Shown: one piece after another, positions 1 to 13,605 of the stretch
Layout: every line of letters begins with the position of its first letter
Numbering within the stretch: position 1 is the stretch's first letter
Assembly (NCBI RefSeq): GCF_030684315.1
Contig: NC_081371.1
Location: 24,609,440-24,673,439, forward strand
Direction of reading: 5' to 3'
Length of the DNA stretch: 64,000 nt
Origin: Stegostoma tigrinum
Lineage: Eukaryota
Program-made: the position numbers and the translations under genes
The notes under the pieces: generated by a model
Databases searched by the model: none
What the model was told of the DNA's origin: nothing
The model's input: only the letters and a program-made list of their open reading frames with translations

Positions 1-1104
1 CTTTTTACGTCCACTTGTCAAGACCCCTGTATCTTGTATGTTTCAGTTGTTATTTCTTACTCTTCCAAATTCTAGGGACACAAGCCTAGCCTGTTCAACC
101 TTTCCTCATAAAACAATCCTTCCATTCTAGCTATTAATCTAGTAAACATTCTCTGAGCAGCTCCCAATGCATTTACATCCTTCCTTAACGACAGAGACCA
201 AAAATGTAATCAGGAATATGACACTTAGGAGCTGGTAAGTTAGTATATTTTCGTAACCTTCTCCCATTCCAGTGAGCTGTAGACTTTCAGCATTACAGAT
301 TTGCTAGACAAAGGTTAGCAGGTTTCCCAGTACATCACAACCTTACATGCTTGAGGATTGACCTGTAAACACAGTTTGAATTAGAAATGCAATTCTTGAG
401 TTTCCTGGAACTTTATTGAACATTTCATTACAAATTAATTGATTCCTCACAATGTTTGCACAGAGAATCAGCGTTAAAACTTCAGGCCATCATGGTGGTA
501 GGTCATCAACCTGAAACATTAACTCTGTTTCTCTTCACAGATGTGCCTAACTTGATGGATAGTCATTTGTGTAGGCCTGAGAAAATATACCAATAACAGA
601 TCCCAGATATCTCATAGTGATGTTGGATGTGATATAAACTGACCAGGATATCAGAAATCCCCTATACTGCGCCAAGCAAAAGTAACAGTATCTTATGCTT
701 ATTTGAGAGGGCAAACAAGTCCTCAATTTAAATCTCCTTCGAAAGACAGCAGCACCTCAATATCAACTTGGAACGTGGCTTGAACTATGGATCACATAAC
801 TTGGCTATCAAGCATCACTGGTTTTGCCTGTAAGGGAGCTCAGTGTGCACATAAAATGGGTGTGAAGTCCATCTCCATTGACTAGTGAAGGAGCCTGTGC
901 AGTTCATCATCTTGGGAAGCATGAGGCTGCAGGATTCTGTGTATGTGTGAGAAACAACAATGGGCTGATTACATCAGCTGCAGTTTCATCTGATCTGACA
1001 TGTTACTTAGACGTTGCAGGTGCTGTTCATGCTCTGTCTTAAACATGCACAGCTATGGGAAGCCCAAACAGTTCAAAAATAAATTAACACAGCTTCCAGG
1101 TAAG

Positions 1105-1273
1105 AGATAGTAAGAACTGCTGATGCTGGAGTAACGCAGTGTGGAGCTGAGTGAACACAGCAGGCCTGGCAGCATCAGAGGAGCAGGAAAGGTGAAGTTT
1201 TAGGTTGGGACCCTTCATCAGAAATTTCTGAAGCTTTCCTGCTCCTCTGATGATGCCTGGCCTGCTGTGTTCC
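1105..1273. mobile_element. Mini PLE hairpin insertion (inverted pLTR ends, degenerate HHR)
   Basis: Inverted arms gaacacagcaggcc..gcatcagaggagcaggaaag; TSD tccaggtaag at 1095-1104 and 1274-1283. Confidence 0.7.
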
Positions 1274-1399
1274 TCCAGGTAAGCCATTTTTCACTTTCAC
1301 TAACACTGCCCTGACGAAAGGGAGCATTACTTTGTGGTTGCAGATTGTGTTGGAATAAAATTCGGCTGCTGTTGATGTCCCACAATACCTCTATAAGAT

Positions 1400-2210
1400 C
1401 ATAAGTCATAGGAACATAAGTATGCCATTCAGTCCATCACGCCTGCTCTAGCACTCAAAAAGATCTTGGCTGATCTGATAACCCACAAATCCACTTTCCT
1501 GCCTTTTCCTCATGACCCTTGATTCCTTTACTGATCAGTTTTTTCAGCCTTGAAATTACTAATGACCCAACCTGTACAGCCTTCTTTCATAATGAATTCT
1601 ACAGATTCGCTACTTTCTGAAAGAAATTCCTTCTCATTAAATGTTCAATCCCTTATTCTGAGGTTATGCCTGCTTGTTGTAGACTCTCTGACAAGGGGAG
1701 ATAACTTTCCTATATCTGCCCCATCAAATCGCCTAAGAATCTTATATGTTTCAAAAAGGTTGTGTCTGATTTTTCTCAGCACCAATGAAGACAGGCTCAA
1801 CCTACTCAACGTCTCCTCATAAGACAATCCCTTCCATACCTGGTATCAGCCTAGTGAATCTTCCCTGAACTGCTTCTAGTGCTAGAATATCTTCCCTTAG
1901 AAAAGGAGAACAAAACTCTTCACAATATTCCAGCTGTGGCCTACTAGTTTCAGCAAAATCTCCAAATTTTTACATCCCATTTCCTTTGAAATAGCACTCC
2001 ATTGGCCTTCTATAATACCTGCTGAATTTGTTTGCAAGCTTTTTGTAGTTTGTGCACAAGAAGTCCTAAATCTCGCTGTGCTGTAACTTTCTGCATTTAA
2101 TTAATATTAAACTCCTCTATTCTTCCTACCAAAGTGCGTAGCCTCACATTTTCTTACATTATTCCTTCTGTCAAGTTTTTGCCTACTCACTTAACCTGTC
2201 TGTATCCCTC
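1400..2210 (-). mobile_element. CR1-group LINE 3' fragment
   Basis: MSYEETLSRLSLSSL..LFETYKILRRFD..TSRHNLRIR, typical CR1 ORF2 C-terminus. Confidence 0.75.
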
Positions 2211-2212
2211 TG

Positions 2213-2390
2213 GATAACAAAGTGTGAAACTGGATGAACACAGCAGGCCAAGCAGCATCTTAGGAGCACAAAAGCCTAGGCCCGAAACATCAGCTTTTGT
2301 GCTCCTAAGATGCTGCTTGGCCTGCTGTGTTCATCCAGCTTCACACTTTGTCATCTCAGATTCTCCAGCATCTGCAGTTCCCATTATTTC
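2213..2390. mobile_element. Mini PLE hairpin insertion
   Basis: ~60-bp inverted arms around ctaggcccgaaac; TSD tctgtatccct(c/g)tgga at 2199-2214 and 2389-2404. Confidence 0.8.
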
Positions 2391-2499
2391 TGTATCCCTG
2401 TGGAGTTTTTTTTGTGTAGTCCTCAGCACTTGCCTTCCAACATGCTTTTGTGTCACCTGCAAACTTGGTTAAAGCATGTTCATGTTCCTCATACAATTA

Positions 2500-3000
2500 A
2501 TTAATATTTTTCATGGATGCCTGCTTTTGAGTTGTTAGATCTATTGCATATGTACCCATTTAGCCAGATGATAGTGTCACATAACATGATGGAGGGCACT
2601 CTCAATTGAAGATGGGGTCCACGTGGACTGTTTTGGTGGTCACTCTTATTGATACTGTTATAAACAGTTATATCTGCAGCTGGCAGATTGTTGAGGATGA
2701 GATCAAGTGAATTTTGCCCTTTTGTTGATTCTTCCACGGTCTAGCAGCTATGTCTTTTAGGACTTGACCAGATCAGTCCGTAGTGTTGTTCCTGAGCTAC
2801 TCTTGATGATGTACATCAAGTCTCCCATCAACAGTACCTTGTGAGCCCTTGCCATCTCAGTACCTCCTCCAAATGTTGCTCAAGATCGAAGAGTCATTGG
2901 TTGATGTGGGCAGCAGTACATGAGGTAATCAGCCGGAGGTTTCCATGCCCACATTGGTTAACTAGTCCGCAGGCATTAATAAGGTCAACTTTGCAGAGTC
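2500..3000 (-). mobile_element. LINE endonuclease-region relic
   Basis: TKGQNSLDLIL...SDH motifs. Confidence 0.6.
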
Positions 3001-3519
3001 AACAGGTCTGTATTTGCTACTTTGTTTCCGGGACATAGGTTAACATGAAGTGGTCTAGTTTCATTCATTTCCCAAGATGTTGTAGCAGTTTGCTAGAACT
3101 GAATGGTTTTCTAGGCCATTTCAGAGGGCACATGAGATTGCTGTGGATCTGGAGTCACATGTAAGCCATGACAATTGGTAAAGAGGAAATATATATTATT
3201 TTGCATATTGCTCTTTTCATATTCTTCTACATGATGTTAGTGTCACCGGTAGGGTCAGCATTAATTTCCCATCTCTAATTCTCGTTGAGAAAGTGGTAGT
3301 GAGTTACCAAATTATTTTAAAAGTATTAAATTAATGTATCACTTACAGAGTCAATTTAATCTTTCAAGACATTCCTGGTAATTTGCTGAGGAAACAATCT
3401 AATCAGAGATGATTATTGTCTTGGTTATTGTCAATAAGCTATGTATAAAGTATCAGAGTGCTTTTATGGGTCATGTGAGACTGTGGTAACACTGTCACAA
3501 AATGTTTGCCATAGCAAAT

Positions 3520-4440
3520 AGATAAAGTACCCCTTGAATATTTCATTTGCTGCTACTATGTATTAGAGCATTCCAAATTCTGATAATTCTTTTAAATCCC
3601 CTCATTTCCCATTTAGATCTTTATCAAATTATTTTGAACTTATGATTTCTGGTTAATGACCTACTCAGCAGATGGTATAGTGTTTCTCTTTGCAGTCTAT
3701 CAAAAACTGTCAACATCTTGGTAACCTTGGCAACAACTTGATCTAAACATTAGGTCATCTTTTAATTACCATTGTCCCAAAGCCTGCAACATTCACAACT
3801 TTACAGCTTTTACTCGTAACTGAAATCCCTTATTCTTGGCAATGTATTGATAATACTCCTCTGTACTTTTTCTAAGGCTTTCACATCTTTCCTGAAGTGG
3901 GATACCCAGAATTATCTACAATATCCAGCTGAGGTTCAAACAATGATTAAGAAAATTTTACAATAAATGCAAATAACTCATTTGCTTTTATTAACCACTT
4001 TCTGAACCTGCAGCTATTTTTAAGGATTCGCATTTACACCAGAATTGTTCTGCTCATCTATACTTCAACATTATATCATTTACAGCCTATTGCCTTTCCA
4101 TATTAGTCATCTTAAAGTATACCACTTCATACTTCTCCACATTGAATTCTTTCAACCATTGTTCTGCTGATTTAACTCTCATTGCCTGTCTTTCTGAGAT
4201 CTATGACTATCCTTATCACTAACTACCACATTGCCAAGTAATGCAAAGCTTTAATGCTGCACCCTAAACTTGAGTCTAGGTTTTTTATAAAAATTGAAAT
4301 GAGTAATGGATCCAACACAGATCTTTGGGAAACAGCACTGCAAACCTCCCAGTCTGATAAACATTGATCTATAACCCCCTTCTGTTCCTGTTGCTGAGTG
4401 AATTCCGTATCCTTACTGCCATTCCAACCTTAAATTCCTA
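3520..4440 (-). mobile_element. Decayed CR1-group LINE fragment
   Basis: Resembles the other CR1 relics (VSQRSVLDPLL-like segment ~4300-4345); no open frame. Confidence 0.5.
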
Positions 4441-5479
4441 GGCTGCCATCATTTTTAGTTGGCCTGGTGGATTCTGGATTTAGTCTAAACATATTATTAT
4501 GAGAGAAAAGGAAAGGCAACCAAGGAAGATCTTGCTGGGTGATACAGGAGTAAGAGGAGTGAAACAATAAGGAGGGGTGAATGACAGATGTCACCTTGCT
4601 AATATGAGAAAGAATCAGGGTGAACATAAAAAGAGTAGAAAACTGTGAAAAGAAAGGCATGGAGGCCTAATGAGAATAAATTTGCAGCTAATATAACCCC
4701 AAATTCCGCGTTCTTTGACTGGAAAATTAACAGTAAAAGGCTTGTCAGAGAAGATGTTTGGGATGTAATGGAACTACTTCTTCCCATTTGCCACCACAGA
4801 GTGAGCTGCGTGCCAAATGGGCTTGTTTAATTATGGGAGAAATTGTACATCCTATCTTCATTGTTGACAAAGATGATCTCTCATTAAATCAGTGGTAGAA
4901 ATGGACCAGTGTGGGAAGTTAAGCTTGTCATCGAACATCCAAAGTTTCCATTATCCCTGAGCCCACTAGGATTTAATGGTGGCTCAAGGATCTTCTCAAA
5001 TTCATTAAAGTTTCCCATCCATCTTGAATGTAGCCTATAAACCACACAACCCCACCCCTGCCACAACACTGCATTGAGTTTGCTATTGCAGTCTTGTTGA
5101 GCAGTGTGGGATTTCCTCTTTCAAAGGCACAGTGCTTGATCAAGTGTCCTGCTATCAGAAATGGGTGCCTATTGAGAACCACCCTCATCCTTACATTCTG
5201 AACCTGCCTGCAGCTAACTGACTGATAAAAACCCTCCTTGTGACTCCAACTGTGATTGCAATCAACTGTCTCCAAGCCTAAGATCAGAAACAGATAAAAT
5301 AATGTAAAGTATGTGATAATACCGAGAGTTGATAAATCTGGTATACGCAAGAGGCAGCTTTCATTGATGAGGGAACAAAGTGTAGTTCCCATCCTTCTTT
5401 TACAGGCGGGCAGCCAAAGGACTGAAAGATTGAAAATATGTCATCCTTATTCAATAACTTGTTAAAGATAAGCTGTAGG

Positions 5480-6600
5480 TAGTCATTGGTGATGAAGCTT
5501 TTAGAACAAAATGTCCAGGAGAAAATTAACAGCCATTGAACAAATGTAGACTAATGATGGAGAAACAGCATGAAGTGAAAATCATAGTTGATGAATTTGA
5601 TTGACTATTTTGATATGAGAAGGTGGATGACAGTGAGGGTACATCGACTTCCTGTAGTACCACATTTCATGTTTCTTCACAAAATGTAAACCCACGAGAT
5701 AAAGAAGGGCAGCATAGCATGGATATAAAACTGACTGAGCATAGAAAGCAGAAAGTTGTTTTTGAAACTAGACAGTTGGAATGCAGTGGAGTTTCCCCAA
5801 GGTTTAGTACTTGGATCACAGCTGTGTTTAATATATATAAATATCTAGGTCTTGGACTGGTTGGGTGCAATTTCAAAACTTTCAAATTTCTGTCTCAAAA
5901 TTTTGAAGTGTAGTAAACAATTAGGAAGTTAGTGATAAACATCAAGGGGCTTTAGCACACTGGTGGAATTGATGGCAAAATGGTGAGTGGAATTTAATAT
6001 AGAAAGATGTGATGTGGTATATTTTGGTCAGACGACTAGGAGATGTGATCCACACAAAATTAAATAATTTTAAAGGTGGAACATTAAAATCTAGAGCATT
6101 TGTGCAAAAAATGTTTGAACGTGGCAGGACAAGTTGACAAAGCATGGGAGATCATAGCCTTTATGGATAAGAAGAAACCAGGATATTTTGGTAAACCTAG
6201 AGAGACACATGTCCGGCCCTAACTGGTAAATTGTGTTTTATTCTCAACACCACATTTTAAAGTGGCAAGTATGCTTTGGTTAAGTAAAGTTTTATAAGAA
6301 AGGTTTTGAAATAGAAGATTATTTTTACAGGGATAGACTGTGGATGTTGGGGTTAATGTTCTTTCTCACAGAGAAAATTAAGAGATTTCTACAGAAGATG
6401 TTTTAAACCATTAACAGTTTAGATCCAGTATTTTAAGAGAGAATGTTTCCAATTGCTTTTAAAAATGCAATACATGGGTAGTGTTTGGAATGCCCTGTCT
6501 ATTACAGTACCGAATGTGGTTTAATAGTTGTTTTCAAAAGAGAGCTAGATAAATACTTAACAGAGTAAATAACTAACAGCTAGTAATAATTAATTAACTG
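5480..6600 (+). mobile_element. Decayed CR1-group LINE fragment
   Basis: SGVSPRFSTW/GVPQG-like segment and CR1-like 3' region. Confidence 0.5.
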
Positions 6601-6738
6601 GATTTCCCTTTGGAAAAGTAATTCCCTGATTCCATAGCCCAAAGAATTGTTAATATCAGAAAGAAATCGAGGAAGTAGAATTTGCAAGAAAGAAATTATT
6701 TTCAAAAACATTGGTAAGAAAGATTTAACAAGGATTAC

Positions 6739-7346
6739 CCTTTGGAATGTCCTGGAGGGAGTATGTTACCATGGCTGTCAATTGGAGGCATTCTGCTCTC
6801 ACTCTTGATCTTTAACTTCCTGTTATGTTCTTGCTCTTTTTCCAATAATGCAATTGCTTTCTTCTTGCCCCGTAAGTCAATGTACAAATTTCCATGGGAC
6901 ACAAATTGCAGCCAGGTATTTTCTCCCATTTTTGAAGGTGGTGGAATGTTGATTGGATATAGAGAAGCTATCAGTTGGGAAACACGTGCTTGGCCTGTAC
7001 TAGAATGATGCTTGGAACCTTGGGAAATATAACATCTCCAGACCTTACTGTCAAACTCTCTGTCTGGCCTGTTAGAGAAGACAGGTGAAAACTTTCCGAC
7101 ATTCAGCCAATCATGATGTTTTAATGAGGGGCAGTGGTTCTGCAGAGATGCATGCAATCTTTGAAAGAACTCGTCCATCACGTTTTTGTGTGGGGGTGGG
7201 TGAAGAGCAAGCCTTTGCTGTACATTGGGTTGAAATCCAGTAAATCTTACATGTTTATCTTCCAGCAAAATTGCCCCATTTCCACTTGTAAACGGTTTTG
7301 AATCTGGTACAGCGTGCCTTTCAGGCCTCTCCCACAATGATTGGAT
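6739..7346 (-). CDS. TEX52: Testis-expressed protein 52, large internal coding exon (first and last exons not located)
   Basis: ORF 6735..7394 has blocks resembling mammalian TEX52 as recalled (FTGF..RLALHPPP, HDWLNVG..RPDREFDSKVWR, IPPPSKMGENTWLQF, KLKIKSESRMPPIDSHGNILPP). Acceptor ttacag| at 7346, donor GG|gtaat at 6739. Position downstream of FOXM1 on the same strand fits the recalled synteny. Confidence 0.8.
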
Positions 7347-8384
7347 CTGTAACCATTGGAAAAAGTTTTGTGTCAGCTTGTGTTTAAACATCAAACTTCA
7401 TGTAGGTACTTAACTACTTATTTGAGGACAGCAGTAAATATATTGCAGGAGATGTCAATGCCTGTGAGCTTATGGTGTCACACTTGATTGTGGTTCAGTT
7501 CTTCTGTTGAGAGGTATATGAATGTAAACATCTAATGAGCAGGATCAAGTGTGGTTATAATGAATAACATAGACAGATAAAGAATGGCTGCTTGGGAGAG
7601 GTATCAGAAGATTCATGAAATTATACTTCAACATGTCGTCAATGGTGTAATAACGTCAAATATAGCAGACAGGAAGTATGCACGCACTTCTGCTAGCAGT
7701 GCATCACTTTCCATATTATTCTGGGGAAAAAATTCAGATGTCCACAGTATATTCATAATACAACTGTTTACAAAATGCCAGTAGGGTGCCTATGTCCTGT
7801 TTGTCCCATTACATTTCAAGAGTGGTTTTCCCGGTGGCAGCTTGCCAGGAGGTTTATACACAGTAAAACAAGTATTTCAGACTGTCTACATATTATAGGA
7901 TATGTTTTTTTAACATTCACTTAAATTATGACACAAGAAAACAAGCCAAACTAAAATCAGACTCACTATCAAGGATTTGTAACACAATGAAATTAAAACA
8001 TTCAGTGACCCTCACAATTGCCCTACTGTCCTGAAGTAGTTTTTTAAAAAAAATAACAGCTATCAGAAATCATGGTTATAACTTGAACAAAAACTAATAA
8101 TTTATTATTAATGCTGCAACTTTAGCATAGCAAAGCTAAACCAAAAGTAATCCAATTAATGGTTTAAACCCAATCATTTTTTATTGTAATCCCACTCACA
8201 CACATAGACAGACACATTCAAAGGTTAAACTGAGAAAGAAGGCATGACTTGCCAGTTTAATAACTGTTTCAACGATGAGTACCAGGTTTTAATGGAATCT
8301 TTTAATGATGTGTTGTATTACAGGATTGTATCTTGCTTGAGTACAGCAGTCACTGATCAATACAAACAGCTTCCAACAGGGTCT

Positions 8385-8520
8385 AAGGAATAAAAACTGA
8401 AAGAACTGTGGATGCTGTAAATCAGAAACAGAAGTTGCTGGAAAAGCTCAGCAGGCCTGGCAACAACTGTGAAGAAAAATCAGAGTTAACGTTTCAGGTC
8501 AAGTGACTCTTCCTCAGAAT
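8385..8520 (-). mobile_element. Solo PLE-derived short repeat, second HHR family
   Basis: Minus strand ctgaggaagagtcacttgacctgaaacgttaactctg...cagcatc. Confidence 0.65.
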
Positions 8521-9918
8521 GATCTGAATATTAAATTATAGCATGCCAGTTCAGCAACTTCTGTACAAAAAACCCAGTCAAAATGAATTGAATTTGTGGT
8601 TCTTTCTTTACCAACATTTGCAGTGGCTCACTGTTCAGCACCGTCCCCCCAACTTGATTGAGCAATGCTGCCAGTAATAACACATAACACATCCTGGTGC
8701 TAAAGTATCTGCAGTGTTCTTAGAACAATAATGAAACTACAATTATCTTTCCAGGCCAGTTCTCATATTAAAACATCAGCTTGTTTGTTCTTTCTTCTTT
8801 TTTTAAAAGTGAAGTAGCTGTTCAAAGTTCAATTCATAACTTCAGCTCATAGTTACCCAATCAAAATTCAGAAAAATAAAAAAAAGTGGAGGTTTCAACA
8901 TTTTCTTGAACATGAACCAATAGGCAAGGGAAAGCTCTTTGCAGCTCTACATTTAATGAATATAGGCTGTCAGCCCACCTAATATAGATACTATTCTCAC
9001 TAATCCAACCTTCAGTTCCCTTACTGACATCTGATTGATAATCATTGCACTCTTCCCAATTTCCTAACATCCAAGCTTCATAATGTGAAGGCTGCAGTAT
9101 TGCAGCAATGCCCTGGGCTAAGCTTTCTCTTTGCAATCTAGCAAATCTGCCAAGCCGCCTTTTATGAAATATGACCTGATGACAAATCCTGGAGGTGCTT
9201 TGCACCTCTCTGTTTATGTGAAGGAAATTACCTCCAATTTTGGGTCATTGCCTTTGAGTTGGGAATAAGAGAGAAGGCTAGTCAAGTCAAAAACTACGTA
9301 GAACTGTTTTTGCTTTCTCACATCTTCTTAATAGAACAATTTATCTCTGTGTATGATGTTGTATAAATGCTGTGTCTAATCAAAAGCTTATAACAAGTGA
9401 ATTCTGAGTGCCAGGAGCATGGGATGGATGTCTGCTGATAATGTGAGAGAGAAACATTACATATCCTCCTGTAATGGCCTCAGGAGGTTAGTGGGCATGT
9501 TGGCCCCACCCCAGGCTGCGGCTCAACAGGAGCTCCAAGAGTTTGGGCTGTCTACTAGCAGACAACTACATAGGCACCAGTGGAGCCACAACCTGTAAAC
9601 TTTCAGGTGCATTGTCCATTGCACCAAGTATTTCAAAGCCATGAGCATTCTCTGAAACTTGACTCATTGGGACCCTCATCTGACTAATCTACAGCAAACT
9701 AAGATGTGACCTTGCCTCAACAAAGTGATACTTGTGGCTCCCCTTGACCTTGATGTGAAAAATTATCAATCTGGTCTCTAATAAGGCATCACATTTCAAA
9801 ATCCAGTGTGTGTGCTCAGGTGTAGTGAATGTCTTTATGGAGGGATCATGTGAAACATATGGACATTTCCAGTATGAACACAGTATACTTAAACATTTCT
9901 AAGGACACTGAAAACCAA

Positions 9919-10027
9919 CTGAGGAAGCGTCACTGGACCTGAAACGTTAACTCTGAGTTTTCTTCACAGATGCTGCCAGACCTTCTAAGCTTTTCCAGCA
10001 ACTTCTGTTTTTGTTCCTGATTTGCAG
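9919..10027 (+). mobile_element. Solo PLE-derived short repeat, second HHR family
   Basis: ctgaggaagcgtcactggacctgaaacgttaactctg...gatgctgccagacc...ttttccagcaacttctg. Confidence 0.65.
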
Positions 10028-12973
10028 AAAATAGAAGTTTATAGACAACCAATCCTGCTGGAACCTCTCTGTAATGTTCTGACTGAAAGTGTTTCCCTGC
10101 CTGATATTAACTTGTTCAGTTACCTAAAACAGTTAACAGTCCCAGCCGCATCTCTAGTCCAATTCATCAGCATGCTGTTATCAAGCTGTATAAATAGTTG
10201 TTTTCTTTCTAAATTTGGTTTTTCGTGCATTTCAGTTCTCTTGAGCGCAAGACAAAATGATTTGATGACACACATCATATAATTGGTGAATAGTTAAACT
10301 CCCAGCTTGAATATTGTAGACTATGGTGAAGTGTTGAGGAGGCAGTCAGTCTCTGCACTGTTATTATTTTCTGAGTAATTGCAAATTCTTATGGGTGAAT
10401 ACTTATGGATGTTTATTTGCATTTTTCTAATCAGTTTGCAACACTCAGTTGAGGTCAATGCCTTGGTCTGGAAGACCAACTAGTTTTGGGCTGACCAAAG
10501 CATGTCTTTCACCAATCAGATGTAATGGCAGTGCAGACCTTAAGTCTGATTCATTGGTTAAGAGATTGCTTAGCACTGGTGATTGCAGATATACCGTCAT
10601 ACACAGCCCATTGTTTATACTAATGTACATACATTGTCATACGTGTCCATTGTTTAGTCAGTATGACTTGTATTTCATTTTAATTATTCCTGTTTCATGC
10701 CCATTAGGGGGCTGGAAAACTCATGTTCAATCCTCTTGTAAGTTAGTGAGAAAATCAGTAATGCAGAAAAATTACCATGGTAAAGGTTCTCTTTTTCTCT
10801 ATTCCTCTCCAGTGAGGCTTTCGTTCCCTGTCAGCAGCATGATAACATTTTCCTTAGTCTTACATCATGTTTGATCTCCTTGGTGATGCAAATTACCAAG
10901 ATAATGTTGCTAAGTAATCCATTGTTGCTGGCTTTACTGGATGTTTATGATGTCACAGTAATGTTTCAGAGATCATACACTTTATCTTTTTCTGTCATTC
11001 ACATAGAACATCAAAGAAGTCACTGATGAGAACAGACAATATTCTCACATTGCTAGGGTCTTCCTCGTTGCCTGAACAGTACGCATCATTGGCACTTTTT
11101 AGGCTGGATTTCTTTCTTCTTTGCAGTGTAGCAAAATTTCCCAAATGTCCCAAACCCAAAGCTACATGGCTCTATTTCTCTAGATTGATGGTCAATTTCC
11201 AAACAGGGTACAGGGCTGGCAAGAAACCCAGCAGTAAGAGAAATCCACATTCCAAAACTACACATTAGGAGAAACAGACTGATCCAGGAAAAGGCAGAGG
11301 AATTCTGAAGTGTAAAAGATAAAAATGTCACTCGACAGCCAAAGCCAAGATCAAAGAAGACAAAGCTTCTAAGACACAGTAAAGTATGAAGAAGGTTGTA
11401 CCAAGCCTCCTCCCTGCTTTGGAAGCCTTGCTGATTGTTGTTATTACTAACCTACCTTTCACAAGACAGCTCGTGAACTGGTGGTGAGACTGACTGGATG
11501 GCGGAGAGTGTGCTTGGATGCCACAGCCTTTGTTAACTCGTCAATGTCATTCACAGGTGACGGTCAGGGAAATGGCAGCAGTAACAGTTGTGGTTGCAAA
11601 AAAAATCAAGGTCAAGATAAGACAGACTGGGAAACTGTTCCTGCCATTCTACTTCCTGAATAATGGAGAACTATCCTCCCAGTTTGATCATGATTTGTTC
11701 TGGGAAATCATGTTTATTTTTTATTTCTCACACAGGTTTTTTTTTAATCTATTCATGGGATGTTGGGCTTGCTGTCAATTGCCCATCCCTAGTCACCTCT
11801 GAGAAGCTGGTAGTGAGCTTCCTTCTTGAACTGCTGCAGTCCACATCTTCTAGATTGGCCCACAATGCATTAGAGAGGCAATGCCAGGATTTTGACACAG
11901 CCACAGTGAAGGAATAGTGACATATTTCCATTTCAGGATGGAAGGGAACTTAAAACTGATGGTGTTCCCACGTACCTGCTGCCTTTGTCCTTCTAGATGG
12001 TCATGCTTGTGGGTTTGGAAGGTGCTATCTAATGTGAGTTGGGGAAATTCTGCAGTGCATCTTGTAGGTGATATATAACTGCTGCTTCTGAGTGTTAGTG
12101 GTGGAAGTTGTGAACATTTGTGAATGTGGTGCCAATCAAGCAGGCCGTTATGTGTTGGATGGTGCGAAACTTCTTGAGTGTTTTTGGAGCTACATTCATC
12201 GAGGGAAGTGGTGACTTCTTTTTCCAGCAAACTCTTCACTTGCACCTTGTGGATCAGCTCTGGGGAATCAAGAGGTGAGTTACTTTCTGCATTATTCCTA
12301 GCCTCTGGCCTGTTCTTGTAGGCACTGTGATCATTTGGTGAATCCAGTCGAGCTTCTGGTCAATGATAACATCCAGCATGTTGATATTGGGGAATTCAGT
12401 GATGGTAATACCATTAAATGTCTAAGGGTAGTGGGTAGATTATCTCTTATTGGAAATGGTCATGACCTGGCATTTGTTTGACATGAATGTTACTTGCTAC
12501 TTTTCAGCCCATTATTCAGGTCTTGCTGCATTTAAAATGGACTGTTTCAATATTTGAGAAGAGCATTGAATATTGTGCAACCATGAGTGAACATTCCTAC
12601 TCCTGACCTTACAATGGAGAGAGGGTCACTGATGAAGCAGTTGTTTAGGCCATGGTTGGGCCTAAAACACTACCCAGAGGAACCCTTGCAAAGATATCCC
12701 AGAACTGAGAAGATTGACCTCTAACAATCACATCCATCTTCCTGAGTGCCAGGTATGACTCTAACCAGTGGAGAGCTTGTGCCCTGGTACCAGTTTTGCC
12801 AAGGCTCCTTGATGCCACACTCAATCAAATATGGCTTTGACATCAAGGACTGTCGCTCTTACCTCACCTCTGGAATTCAGCTCTTTTGTCCATGTTTGAA
12901 CCAAGGCTGTAATGAAGTTAGGAGCTGAGTGGCCTTGGTGGAACCCAAACTGGGCATCACTAAGGTTATTCTC

Positions 12974-13405
12974 ATAGAATCCCTACAGTATGGGAGCAGG
13001 CCATTTGGCCCCTCCCACCCAGACCCAACTCCCTACCCTATTCCTGTAACCCTGCATTTCTCCCATGTCTAACCCATCAAAAAGTCATTCAAAGATTTGT
13101 AGCTCATGTTGTGAATGTGGTTGTTGGCTCATTGTATGATAACCGGCCAGTTCGGCAAGCAAGCCAACAACATAACCCACTTGACCTATACACTCCCAGA
13201 CACTATGGACAATTTAGCATGGCCAATCCACCCAACCTGCACATCTTTAGACTGTGGGAAGAAATCAGAGCACCCAGGAAAAAAAACCCAGGCAGACATG
13301 GGGAGATTGTGCAATCTCCACGTAGACAGTTTAAGGGTGGAATTGAACCTGGGTTCCTGATGCTGTGAGGCAGCAGTGCTAACCATTGAGCCACTGTGCC
13401 ACCCC
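12974..13405 (-). mobile_element. tRNA-derived SINE nested in a LINE, itself interrupted at ~13080-13178
   Basis: A/B boxes at 13340-13400 (minus), tail at 12974-13075. Confidence 0.8.
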
Positions 13406-13501
13406 TCATTGCTGAGGAGGGGCTGCTTGATAGCACTGTTGATGACACCTTCCATCACTTTACTGATGGTTGAGAGTAGATTAATGGGACGGTAATTGGC
13501 T

Positions 13502-13605
13502 AGAACAAGAACAAAGTTGCTGGAAAAGCTCAGCAGGCCTGGCAGCATCTGTGAAGGTTAAAAACTGAATTAACATTTCGGGTCCAGTAACCCTTCCTCA
13601 GAACA
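13502..13605 (-). mobile_element. Solo PLE-derived short repeat nested in a LINE
   Basis: Minus strand ctgaggaagggttactggacccgaaatgttaa; TSD gtaattggct at 13492-13501 and 13606-13615. Confidence 0.7.

Noticed and set aside
4973-5392. 139-aa ORF as the TEX52 terminal exon
   Set aside because: Its acceptor (5277) needs phase 1 but the upstream exon ends in phase 2; no recognisable similarity.
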